Shown in pieces: positions 26,681 to 39,282 of a stretch of DNA of 64,000 nt. This DNA comes from Pseudogymnoascus verrucosus. Its lineage: Eukaryota. How positions within the stretch are numbered: position 1 is the first letter of the stretch; each line of letters begins with the position of its first letter. The notes below the pieces were generated by a model that did not search any database, was not told the origin of the DNA, and saw only the letters and a program-made list of their open reading frames with translations. The stretch lies in the NCBI GenBank assembly GCA_001662655.1, contig KV460255.1. One strand, written 5' to 3'. Made by a program: the position numbers and the translations under genes.

Positions 26681-27300
26681 GGCGCCTATATACCCGAGGG
26701 TGACTCTTTGCAATTGCCGATCCTCCAATGGCTTAGAGCCAACGGAAATATCTGGAGGGGCAAAGCAATTGAGCTATTACACGGAATCCGAAAGCGAAGG
26801 AAGGACAATTGAGCGAGTCGGCGAGAGAATGGCGTTGAGAATGTAGACCCCGCTACGATAGGAAATAAAGTTTTGACGAGGTCCGATGCGGCGTCGGCAA
26901 TTATGACGAAATATCTGGGGAACAGGGGCCCGCGGCTGCATTGACCTAGATTAGCGCTTAACGGAGCAACTTCGCGCCTCAAGACTCTAAACGCCCACAT
27001 CTCTTGTACAAATCCTACCATGGCAAATCGTGGGCTAGAACGTCAATGCGAGACAATAATATGACGGTATTATTTAAAATAAAATGTATAGCAAACGCAT
27101 TTATCATCAACGACTTCGTTATTTCGACATGGAGTTTAACCTCTCGCCGAATTGTTTTGTCCTCCTAAACAAGTGCAAAGCTTAACCCTTAAAAGGCACT
27201 TTGTTCAGTAGCCTCAATGTCGTTTGTCGTGGAATACATCACATATAGAGGAAAGCTAGGTCTCACGAGAATAATTTCCTATCTGTTTATACTCTGCCTC

Positions 27301-27543
27301 TCGTACTTTCCTATTTCTGTCCATGTTTGGCCCCGTTCCTTCCTATCTTTTATCCATATCACCTCTGGTTCTTTCCCAACTCAACCATCCATATTACCCA
27401 TCGTTCTTTCCTATCTCAATTCATATTGCTCTTCGTTCCTTCCTATATATATTTGCCCGCTCGTTCTTTCCTATATTGATCCATGTTGCCCTCTCGTCCA
27501 TTTCTATATATTTCCATATCTTTTACCTTAGTTCGTGCTTTCC
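27301..27543. repeat. Degenerate minisatellite, ~33-bp period, core TCGTTCTTTCCTAT
   Basis: Unit starts near 27301, 27334, 27367, 27401, 27433, 27461, 27494 and 27533. Confidence 0.8.
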
Positions 27544-27626
27544 GCGCTGCGTTTAGCTCTGCCTATCACATAAACGACGATATTATCTCTCTTCTCATAC
27601 ATTTCATCACGCTGTTTCTTACCAAT

Positions 27627-28166
27627 ATGTATGGTACCAGCACAATAATCAAAGCGACAAACGCTGTTGCCGCGGACACCCGTGATACCAGTCATTCGCT
27701 TCGCGAAACCACAAACACAATGGTTGTCGTATAGATACTGTGTGTCAGCTTAACTTTCTTCATCTGCATCAATGCATGGGCTATTCGGGCCTTTCGACAA
27801 CGCAAGCGCGACCAAGAAGCTATATCCGCCATCCTGGAGCGGGCAGAGTCGCCTGCTAGAGGGCCTACTACCATGGGAAGTCCAAGTACACAAAGCCAGT
27901 TCCGCTCATTTCAATTGAGCTATCAACTGCAAGCACTATCGTCGCCAAGTACGCCTCGCATATCGCCTCCAGAACGACCTACAAACGTGCCAGGTTACTC
28001 CTCGAATGATACAGAGCGGAACGATGAACGGCATTCCGTAGCCACTGGGAACATGGCCTCATCTTCTTACACACCCGACGAGACCGGGGAACAATTACCA
28101 AAGTACATGGAACGCGATCATGACTTGCCCGATTACGCGGATCAGAGGGCGGCGCCGGTAACATGA
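27627..28166 (+). CDS. Single-pass membrane protein (179 codons) with C-terminal LPxY motifs, interrupted by an in-frame TAG at 27732-27734 (pseudogene or editing-dependent gene)
   Basis: MYGTS...TNTMVVV*ILCVSLTFFICINAWAIRAFRQRKR...LPKYMERDHDLPDY...; the frame is open for 143 codons after the TAG. Confidence 0.6.
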
Positions 28167-29587
28167 TGGGTGAAGAGAACTACGGACTTGTCCACTCGAG
28201 AAGATCAGATGATTGAAGCTCTCTATGGTCCAGCGAACTTTGGATTGGATAGGAGATCCAAAAAATCGGTAAAACAGTTTTTGGCGACGTCGTTATGAGT
28301 CTATGGTTAGAATGACAAACATCGTCAAACCACTGCACCAGGTGCACCAGAAACGATATGGCGCTTGGAACCGCGGAAATGGTGGTAAGTGCCGAAAGCC
28401 GAGCAGTTTTAATTCCGCGCTGACGGTACTACCACCAGATATGCTGGGAAATATTATTTTTGCCCGATGGGCTAGTTCCGGCATATGAATTAGAATGCAG
28501 CACAGCCAGCGTAATACAAAATAGCATGAATACAACACGTATTAACCATGCCTCAAGCTTTTCAACACTAATGGAAGAATCTCATGGCCTATACTCATTA
28601 TAAGATATGATTGAACTGGCGTGATGCTACTTTGAGGATGTATCAATGGAGGAGTAAGGTTCGGGAAGTGGGGTGATGCGGGGGTGGGATGGTTGGATTG
28701 CATGTTGCTCCTGACTAATTATGAGCGACGACGAACTCATTCTCAGGAGAGAGAGCACTGAGCGGAGGTTGAAGTCCGAGGAATTTATCACCAGACTCAA
28801 GCTTTAGTACTTTACGAATGCTCGCTATAGTGCGAGTTTTGTAACTTTATAGCGGCCATGCTCGACCAAAGCTTTATTAGACCAAGCTGATATAGGGTTT
28901 GGGGGGTCACAAGCCAGAAAATGTGACATCAAGCGCCGGCTACAGGCGGCGCGGAGGGCCTTCCCGGGCTTGGTCGCTCCTCCGTCGGCACCAAATCGAG
29001 AGCTCCCGGACCAGATAATGGTCTAAGACAATAGACCAGCACGTTAAAGTCGTTAGAGTCGTTGAAGTAATGTACCCACCGAATAAGGAAATCCGTTGAA
29101 TATTAGATGAAGAAAGAGGTAGTAGCATAGTCTACTAACGATGCGCTACTAGAGACGATCTATATTTTTGACTAAAACCCCAGGGGTCGAGCTCTGATAG
29201 CCTCTTGTTGTGGTCTATGGAATCTGGGGGAACGCGTCATGACGGTTAATTTGACGTCGAAGGACCATATCAAAATCCATTTGGCTCATAGAACAGTAGA
29301 ACAGGTAGGGCTTTGGGCCTCACCTCCGTTTTGCTACACAACCTTACTACCTCGTGAGTATCGCCAGCCTTATTCAACAACTAGGCTGCTTTAACAGCAT
29401 TGCGAGCCATCACGATCACTGTCACGAGCGTGGCCCTCTCCCTAGGCTTGTGTCCTGCTTCCAATTATTTCTTAAGACATCTTATTCTGCCGAATCCCAA
29501 AATAATTTTGCGTTCAGTTGCTCTGTTCTGCAGTGGTCAGTTTAAATTGTTCAGTTCATTTATATTCAATTGTATTTGTATATTACG

Positions 29588-31009
29588 ATGCCTCCTCTGA
29601 GATGCATCCCGCCTGCCAAGGCAATCAAAGTAGTGGTCTCATATCACTCCATCCAACAGAGTTACTAACTGCTTCAGACCGAACGTACACACGAGGAGAA
29701 CCAAGAGCGGGCCTACATAGCCGCTTCAAGGAGGAGTGACCGCTCATTGGAAGCGCGCGTAGAATCGGCCAGGCGCGCATCAGAAATACACAAGCGACGG
29801 ACCGGCAGGTCATTACGAGTCTCTGAGGAAGATGTAATAAACGAAGAGATGTATGAGGAGGAGGAAGACGATCTCCCACACCATTATCGGTACCACGGCG
29901 CCCATCTTCATAGCCACCCCAGCGATTTCAACAGCCCTGAGTTCTCAGATTACCTCACGAACAACCTTCATGTGCGGACAGCTCTTGAAGGGGCCCTACG
30001 AAACTCATATGCTTCACAGGCAGTTACACAGACAGCGCAGCATGCAAGCCAGGTTCCCAGTTCTTATCCGAACGTCGCCAGTTTGATGAATGCGCATATG
30101 AATTACCAGGCGCAAATGATGAGCGATAGCCACCCGCCGCCGTATGGTATGCCTCATATCATGCCGACAATGCCAATCACCATACCTCCGCCTACAGCAT
30201 ATTTGCCGCAACATCAGTTTCAAAATTTCGATCCACAGCTAGGGGCTACGCAGAGTATCGCCAATCGACGTCTCTATCCCAACCAGTGTCAAGCCGAGTC
30301 TGCGATGAAACTTCAGCAATCAGCGGCAGTTAAGTCGCCAAGTCCGGATACTTCGAAGCCAAGTCGTGGCAAGTCTATGCCAGTCGAAATAAAATCCGAG
30401 TCGCCTGCCTTGCAATCTATCGAGCAATCCCAGGCGGCGAAAGTTTGTCGATCGTTTGAGCAACGATCGCAGCTCTCGAAACGGCCTGAGCCTGTTGATT
30501 TCAACAGCACGGATAGTTCTATCACGGCAGGAGTATCATGCGACAAAACATACATACCGCAGGTCAACATCCAGGATTCAGATACCGAGTTCAACCCGTT
30601 TGCAACTGCGACGCCACAGGATGACGGAATCTTCAATGAGAATCTTGGATTTCCAAACGATCCCCTAATGGGCATGCTTATGGCTGGCAATGACGCGATC
30701 AATGCGCCTGCTTCTTTTGACAGCAGCTTGGATACTTCCTACGCCGGAACACCCGCGAGAAAGCTAGATTTAGCCACGAAGACTCATGTCGGCGGACTGG
30801 ACTCAACTGTCGGGGGTGGCATTGCACCCGCCCAGCTAGAATCAGCTGCCGTGAAAAAAGACCTTGATGTGATATCGGGAGTTCCAAACAGATTGAAGAG
30901 TGTCGCGACTGCAATTACAAGAACGAGCGCCACCGGAACTCCAGCGATTGCGCCAGACAAATGGAATGAATGGATTGAGCAGGGAGAGTTGGACGGTGTT
31001 CCCCAGTGA
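29588..31009 (+). CDS. Conserved uncharacterised fungal protein; intron ~29630-29677
   Basis: MPPLRCIPPAKAIK|TERTHEENQERAYIAASRRSDRSLEARVESARRASEIHKRRTGRSLRV..EEMYEEEEDDLP, a motif I recognise from Pezizomycotina hypotheticals; ACTAAC branch, CAG acceptor; low-complexity C-terminus. Confidence 0.8.
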
Positions 31010-31508
31010 CACTGGCTTACCCTTTTCTCTCGAGCCAGCCATTGATTTCTTATATATATATTAATGCTAGAAATATTGGCTGGATGCATTATTATTTTGC
31101 ATTATTGGTAGATAGGGGCTTCAGCCAGTTTAGACTGTTTGATACACATAGATTGCACACAGATGAGAACAGGCTATTATGACCGGTGTATCAGAGCACA
31201 ATTAGAGGTTGTAAATAGCTAGATTCCGAAAATAAGATTTATATAAAAAACAATATAAAACATATACAAAACTTTAGTTTCCTCTTTGAAAACAACATAT
31301 TTGCATTAACACCATTTTAAATAATTATATTTTGTAAGGCATCTGCACTTGCGATCTACCATCTGATAACCCTTACGGGGTCTGTTGAACCTCACCCCAC
31401 CGGATAAACATATTTTCCACCAGCGCGTACGTCATCTCTAAGTGAGACCTCACCGACCCCAACTCTCCCCGCCTTTTCATCTCTCACCGTCCCAAACATC
31501 ACCACAAA

Positions 31509-32519
31509 ATGCGGTACCTAACGCCGCTGGGCAAGGCGCTCTACCCTGCGCTCTACCCCATATGGGGTATCTGTTTCTTCATCGTCCACCCTCCGTTTTG
31601 GAGCCTCTTCAAGACGCGTCTGATACCCGTGCTGTTCCTGAGTTTACTGGTGTATACCCTCTTGTTTATGTTTGCTTTCCTGCCACAGGCAGCGCTGTTG
31701 GCTATATTCCATGGCCCTGCGGCGTTTGTGAGTGCCGCGTTTTTGGTTTTGGGAGAAGGTGAGTCAGCGTTTTTATATTTCAAGCTCTAGGCCCCCAGCC
31801 GTCCACCATGAAAACGCCCCAAAAGATCAAGCGCGGAAGCTGATTATGAACAGGCGCTGTCATCGTCGCCCTCCTCTTTGAAGCCTTCTTCGTTGATGAA
31901 ACGCTTGTTGACGTTTTCGACGCGACCCTCCTCTCCCGGCACCAAGAAGCCCTGCTCTCACCCTCGCGCACTATTTTCCCCGCCGCCTCAAACCCAGTCA
32001 AGGCCCTCGGCCCACCAACAGAGAAGGCCGTGTATGGCCCATTCAGCTTCCGCCAGATTGCGGAATTTGTGCTGTTCCTGCCGCTGAATTTCATTCCCTT
32101 CGCGGGCGTGCCGCTGTTCTTGATTCTTACGGGGAGGAGGGCCGGGCCGTTGCAGCATTGGAGGTATTTTAAGTTGAGGGGGTTGGGGAGGAAGGAGCGG
32201 AATAAGGAGGTGGAGAGTCGGCGATGGGGGTATACTTGGTATGTTGCTCTAAACTAGTATCAGTTTGACGTGGGGAAGGCGATGAAACTCTATACTAACT
32301 CTTGGACTCAGGTTTGGGACCATTGCGCTACTGCTACAGCTTGTCCCAGTGTTGTCAATGTTCTTCTTACTTACATCTGCTGCTGGCTCAGCGCTGTGGG
32401 TTGCGGATTTGGAAGAAGCAAGGCAGCAGCAGTTGTTGGCTGCTGAGTCAGTCGTTGGAGGAGCGCAAGTTGATGACGAGTTTCCGCCAGAGTACACGGA
32501 TACGGAAGATCAGGTATAA
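31509..32519 (+). CDS. EI24-domain / Rrt8-Lds-like membrane protein (outer spore wall family), 3 exons
   Basis: LYPIWGICFF, FAFLPQAALLAIFHGP, LVDVFDATL, LPLNFIPFAG, HWRYFKLRG, W|FGTIALLLQLVP, AAGSALW. Confidence 0.8.
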
Positions 32520-33252
32520 TGCTCATAAAGTTATTTATGATTAATATTTACTATTGTTGAGTTGGATCTATACATTATTTGTCTCCATATGAAGTGCTGT
32601 CTATCTGTAGTCACGATTCTATGAGAGAGGGAGGCAAAGTTGTTTCTCTATATGTCATGCTATGCAGAGCCATGCTTGTTCACAGGAATATGTCAACTGC
32701 GACACGTCTGTGTTTGAAGTCCTGTCTACTATCGCATTTGTTTTATTATTCTACAATGATCTTGCCGCCTGAGTCAAGATTTATAAAGTGAGTATGGAGT
32801 TTGCGCAAAGTTCTGAGCAGACCATTTGATCTATAATAACACAGAAATGTTTGTTCGAGCGAGTTTATGCCAAAGCTCAGTCATCCATCAATGGTTTTAT
32901 ATAGCCATTGGAGATTAGCTTTAATAAGTGGCCTTGTTGATAAGATGTATAAAATACACAGGAATTAGCGGTCATCCGAATTGAGTGAAATTCAAGTGCT
33001 CTTCCTCGTTCCTTCTACAATTGGCCGCTTAGGGGGGTTGACAGACGCGTGAACCCTCTGCCCACGATTTACCGTCAACTACCACAACTTCACTTCTTCC
33101 ACTTCACAACAACACCTTTCTTCCTCACCCCCTTCATCGCACTGATTTGAAGGACATACGTCCCTTCACAGTCTTTATCTTTCTATGTTCTGATCTTTTG
33201 ATTTGATACTTCTCACTTCTCAAGGTTTCTACTTTGTACCAGTTCTTTCAAG

Positions 33253-35543
33253 ATGCACCTCCTGGTGTATCTTGGATTAGTCCTTGTCCTTTGTGGCATT
33301 TCCTCTGCTGCTCCAGCTGCCGCAGCTGCCCTGTAAGTTGTCGATCTACCTTTAATGAACGATATTGCCGCGCTAAACGTCCTCAAGATTTCAAGATGGG
33401 AACCCTGGCAAGCTTTGCAGCATCATCACAGTCTACGTGACAGTTACCGAGGACCCTTCACTCCCTGATGTTAAAACCTTTGGCATTGCCCATCACTTGG
33501 TAACAACCTCCTCCTCAATACCTGTATATGAGATAAGTCTTACTGACCTTCACAAGGCCGAGACTCAGCATCTTGAAGCCGCTTCTGATGGACTGGCTAT
33601 CACAGTCACAAGAACTCATACTGGATTCAAAACTGTCACCGTTACCATAAACATTTCCGGGGTTCCAAGCTCTGATATTAATATCTGGGAGTCTACATCT
33701 GTCCGTTTCCTCCACGATGGTCCTTCTCCAACTGAGAAGCAAGAGCAGAATCTCACAGCGACGCTGACTACTACATTCCAACCTCTCAATGGAACTGAAG
33801 GCCCTAAGGTCCCCGAGACTGTCAACACCACGTCCCAAAGCCTCGCGGTCCCTACTGAATCGGATGGGTCGAAGGCTCCATTGATGGTCAATACTGCGTC
33901 CCAATATCTCACAGCACCTACTGGAACGGCAGCGACAAAGGACCCAGTGACGGTTAATACCACCTCTCAATATCTCACGGCCCCCACTGGAACGGGAGTA
34001 CCCACGGCCGAGCTGACGGTTAATTCGACATCCCCTACCGAAGCACAATCTGGTTCTGGCGGCGATGATGTCGCAGTCGAAACTGTTACAGTATACCCTG
34101 TGAAGTCTATCGCGCCAGAAACGAATTCAAACGATTCCATTTACCAAACTGTTGCAGCAGGTCCAACCCCTCACGATCCAGTGTCAGCGAGTCTGTTCTC
34201 AGGCGGCACCGAAACAACCCCCACTCATACAGTTGGTATTCTAACTAATGTTACGATTCGTGCACAATCTCCGTCACAACGCACCACACTAGCAGCTATG
34301 AAAGGATTTGCCAATGACGAGAGTAAACCGCTCGAACGTAAGGACGGTATGTATTCTATTCCCAAAGAACAAAATGCCTATCTGACTCCAGGAGCACTTG
34401 GTGCAATTCCTTTCGTACCTCTCATTGAAGACGTTACAAAAATCACCCTAGGGCTTCCATTTATCACCACAGTCACTGTTCCTGTAGATTTTTCAAAAGC
34501 CACCGTATACACTTCCGGACGATCTTTCTCAACTTACATTCCTGGACTAGGAGAAGTTCGGTTCAAGAAACCTACAACTACCCCGGCTGACTCTACCACG
34601 TATATGGCCCGACCTCCTGGTACTCATGCACCTCTGGTGCCTCTTGACGAAGCTGCAACAGTCACCTTAAAGATTCCATTTATCGCCACAGTCACTTTTC
34701 CCGCGGATCTTTCAAAGGCCACCACGTACACATCTGGACATTTTTTCTCAACTTACATTCCTGGAGCGAGAGAAGCTCGGATGAGAAAACCTACACCTGA
34801 CCTGGCTGACTCTACCACTGCCACATCCACTCGGCCTCTTGTTACCGTTGTTACATCATGCGGCGAGCAAGGTATCTTCAGGCTTACTGTAAGTTTCTCT
34901 ATCTCAACCTACATAGATATAACACTCTAACCCCTTGTTCCAGTTTGATGACATCCCTCGTCTCGCCGGTCCAGCAAACTCCAACGACGTCCAACCCCAA
35001 CCCATTTCCAACCCCTACCACCACTTCTACTTCTCTCAAGGCTTCGTCGTCGCCCCTCCCCCCAAAGACCCCTACACCCCCAAATCCGCGCCGCTCCTCC
35101 TCGATTTCGTCACCCAGAGCACTGCCGACGTCACACGCACCCACAACTCCCCCCCGATCGACGAGTACGGCGCCACCGGTGAAATCGGTATCGGTCAAAA
35201 CCTACAGTGGGGGTGCTACACCTTCCATGCCCTCGCGGCGTCAGTGGGCTGCGATTCCTTGGGGCCACAATGCGATTGGCAGTTCACGGGCGTGCAGTTC
35301 AATCCCAGGAAGCAGGAGTATGAGGAAGTGGTCACTTAGCTCGTGTCGACGGCTAGCTGCCCGGGGCTGCAGGATTGCAAGCTCACGGATATAGTGCTGC
35401 TAGATGATTTCACGCATTTGCAGGCGCTGAAGGTTAATGTCACGGTTGCCGGGGAGCCGAAGAATTGGTGGATGGATGATTTGAAAATGGAGTGGGCGGA
35501 TGGAAGCTGTGATGCTGGATTGTGTCGCTCTATGCATCGTTGA
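33253..35543 (+). CDS. Secreted Thr-rich protein with a Cys-containing C-terminal domain (DUF7371-like); exons 33253-33332, 33388-34888, 34944-35543; in-frame TAG at 35337-35339
   Basis: Signal peptide MHLLVYLGLVLVLCGISSA; CGEQGIFRLT|FDDIP, NPYHHFYFSQGF, GCDSLGPQCDWQFTG, then *LVSTASCPGLQDCKL...WWMDDLKMEWADGSCDAGLCR. The family name is from memory. Confidence 0.75.
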
Positions 35544-38500
35544 GAAATCATGATGCTGCGACGTATGTCGGATGTTGAGATGCCTGTGGGTGGCCATGAG
35601 CGACTTGTATGATTACGAATTTGCGGCTTGTATGTTATAAAATGGCCCAGTATATGGGCGGGAGGTGGATTTGCTTCGATTGCTTTACTATTTGTACGCC
35701 ATGGATTATCCCAGGCTGTCTATATTATCAAGGTGGAAGGTTGAGTTATGGGGTTACAGTTCTTATAGCTGAGGCTATGATTTGAAAGAGACGGCTCTAT
35801 GTCGTATAATCAATCAGACCAAGTTCTACGCAATAAAAAAATGCTTCGCATTATCCAGCCTACCTTACAAATGGCCATTTTCTTCAGGGGTCATCAGCTT
35901 TCGCGTACTATGGGGAGGTTACAATACGACGAAGTGTCCTAGGGATACGAGTAATTTTTCCCCTTCGAGATGAATCGCCTCATGAACAGCTTGAAAGTAT
36001 ACTCCCATCTTGGGAAGCATTCTACAAATGCCGAATTCCACGGAAACGCGGCAACCGCCCCAAATAACGAGAGCAACGATTCGCCGTCCATCACATAATC
36101 CCGACAAACCCTCCAGAAGTGTGGAGTCAGCCCTAAATAATCCCCAATGGCCCTACTTGCTATTAAAAGGACTCGATGCAGCATGCACGCCTGTCCACAT
36201 GGAGTTCAAGGGTTCACACATACAATGCTTGCACCCCCCAAGATCGTGCATGCTGTAAGCCCTGCGTAGCACTGCAGCTTTCTTGTACGACCATCCAACA
36301 TGCACGCACACAGATAAGACGAACGACGGCCAGGCAGGGCCTTTCTAAGCCACGTTTTTTGAAGGGTAAGCTGAACGCGCGTGGTGAGGATAGGATGGCT
36401 TCCGTTTTGCCCGGCGGAATTTCTTCGGGACGGCCAACGGATGTTGGTGGGAGGAGTTGTTTCGGGCCGGGTGCAGCGGGTGGCTCAGCTGCGAGGATGG
36501 GGGAATTGGAATTTTACCTGTGGACAGCGGCTCCCGACGGCCTGTGGCGCGTACGAAGAGGGAGGGCCTCGCATAGCAGGCCGGGGACGGGCAGGTTGGT
36601 GTTGTATCGCGTCACAGCCGATGAGGGCGACGCAATCGGAGGGACCTCCAACTGGTCTGACAGCGAGACTTGATACGCATCCCGCTTCTCACCTCTCCGC
36701 CGCGAGTTTGTGCTGCGTTGGACAATGAGGCGCTGCGCTGTCCTGGACAGATGAGGAGTCGGAGTTGGAGTATCAATATTTCCGAAGATGTGTTTGTGTG
36801 GCGGCGGCTGAGTTTGGAGGGGTGGTGAAGCTGGCCGACCTCTCGGAAACGCCAAGTATCGATGGAGATCACGTTGTGATGATCCGGCTCGGACAGCGCC
36901 CTCGGAATTGTTGGAACCCCGCAAACGCGCGTCGATCTATGACTCGATCGGGTAGTGGTGTTAGTTGTTGGTTTCACCGCTGCTTTTCCCCTTCAAGGTC
37001 TGTGTTATTTTTGGGGAACGGATGAGAAATAGTTCGGTTGAGCACGTTCTTTTCCCCTCGCTCACCGTTGCCCGTTATCAGAATGCTTTTCCAAGCTTTT
37101 CTTCACCGCCATATACTGACATTTTTGCGATTGGGTAAAACACACATAACAACCCATCAGCGATTATTCAGGGGCGCAAATATGAGAAGGTCATATGATC
37201 AGTTTATCACCAAATTTCGATGCCCGTTCTCCACCGACTGTGTTGGCGGCCGGGCACCCAAATTTCTGTACCAGCTAGCTCGAATCCGGCATGGCTAGGC
37301 GTTTCACCACGCCACGACGAACTGTGCGATTATCTCCCAGTGGAAGTTACTTACAAATGTAGCTCGAGAGTGACATGTCTCGGACGGACCCCAGTATGGG
37401 AGCCTGCAATGCATCCCATCCCTCGGTACGACTCATGGGTCTACAGCATGGTGGGACGTAAAGACGTCACTTCATGCAGCCACTGACAAATGTGTATATG
37501 TTTCCCAGCATCGTCGACGAGGGCGGCATTCAGAACTGCTCAGCAAGCTGACGGATTAGACGGCGGTCGGCCTCATTCCGCTCTTGGGAATAGCTTGGAT
37601 GTGAGACTATGAAGGTGGTAGCGCACATGGCTAGGAGGGGACGGACCGAGGTTTGGTGTGGCTCAGCGTATCACCGCTCCAGATGGTGCTTCGAGAACTG
37701 TGCCACGACGGACTGTCCCGTTGGCCCGCCTCCAATCCGTTCAGTTCAGTCAAGTGGATTCCACTAAACATGCGCGCCCTGCTTTTATGATTCACCTTGT
37801 TGATTATGTCATGCACCGCTCGCTGATGAGGTTCGTTGCTGGGACCGTGGCTGTCATGATGGCCGCATGTTTCGGTGGCCGCATGCAATGATGAGTGCAG
37901 GCGGCTGCTTACATGTCTGCAGGCCAGCCGGCAGTGCAGGCCCTCCTGATCACCTACATGCTGGGCGCTCATCGGCACATGCTGGAGATACAGTGTCGAG
38001 AGTGATAAACGCCGGGTCTGGAGTTGTTGACCTTGGAAGCTGAGATGGAAGCTGGGAAGGGGATGGACTTATTCGTCTACGTGCAGGCTGATGGACGGTT
38101 GGGGAAGAAGGGGAGCTAAGAGCTGGAGTAAGAGCTACGAGATCCAAGGCGTGCCCAAGGACAAAGGATGCCCAAGATAGGATATAGATATGGTACTTAT
38201 ATGGGAACCCCCACGCTATGTTTGGAACTATGAGTTATGGGAAATGTGGCAAAGTGAGTGTACCAGATACCAACATTACAACAACGTTATGGTTCTAACA
38301 AAATACTCTCCGCTGTACTCCACTTCCACTGTACCGACAAATACTGGAGTACTGACAATATCCACTGTACTCCACTATACTTTAGCTGTTTTGCCCGTCC
38401 TACTACCAACCCTGCTCCTTGTCAAATTTGCTCTATGCTCTCCATACTCTCCACTCCATACAAAACTAATATACTAAACTAACAATCTCACTTTATTGAT

Positions 38501-39282
38501 TCACGCGATTCAAGAGGTGAACCACAGCGCTGGATACAAGCGAGAGTAACACACGAAACATGGGAGAGGGAACGTCCAACCAGTATGCCAGCATCCCACC
38601 AATTGTCCCAACCATAATCCCAGCATGGGTTCGGGCGTAAACTAAATCGCCGGGTCGCTCCCCTCTACAAACTATTCTATACTATTGTTTCGACTGTATT
38701 ATTACCATTACCATTACCATTACCGGTATATCCTTCATTGAGAAACGATACTCCCGTACTCCCCTCTCCTCTAGCCCGTGTACAAAACAAGGGTGCATAG
38801 TTTGTACACCAAAGCACAAACAAAAACTACTCTACTGTCGGCCTTCTCATTAGCCCCAAAATCAAAAAAAGAAGTCGTCCCCCCTTGCTTCCTATATCCC
38901 GTGTTGTCCGTCCGCCATCCACCTCCTCCCAACGTCAGGCAGACTAGACTGTGGAACCCCTCCCAAGGGTCCTATCATCGTCATCGACCAGGAAGAAGCT
39001 TGAATCCCGTCCCTCCCGCGTGGGCTACCGTTGTTACGGGTGCGAGTTGGAACAGGCCAATCCAACGGCGGGGTACGATCAGCGGTTGTACGAGAGAAGG
39101 TGTGTGGCTCCTTACATTATTTTACTTTTCCTGTCCCCTCCATATATACATGGACCTGATCTCCCCCCCGCCCCCGTTTTTCTTTCCCTTGGTCCCTCCC
39201 CTCGTGGATTTTCTCCTATAGCGAGATTCTAGCCTACTGGCGATTTTTTGGTTCTCACTTTCCCACTTGACTTTCTCTGACA

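Noticed and set aside
29737..29749. Apparent stop and non-ATG start for the 420-aa ORF
   Set aside because: Explained by a short upstream exon (ATG 29588) and an intron; the TGA is in a different frame.
35600..39280. Many short overlapping ORFs in a 3.7-kb intergenic region
   Set aside because: No recognisable domain, consistent splice structure or dominant frame; treated as non-coding or regulatory.
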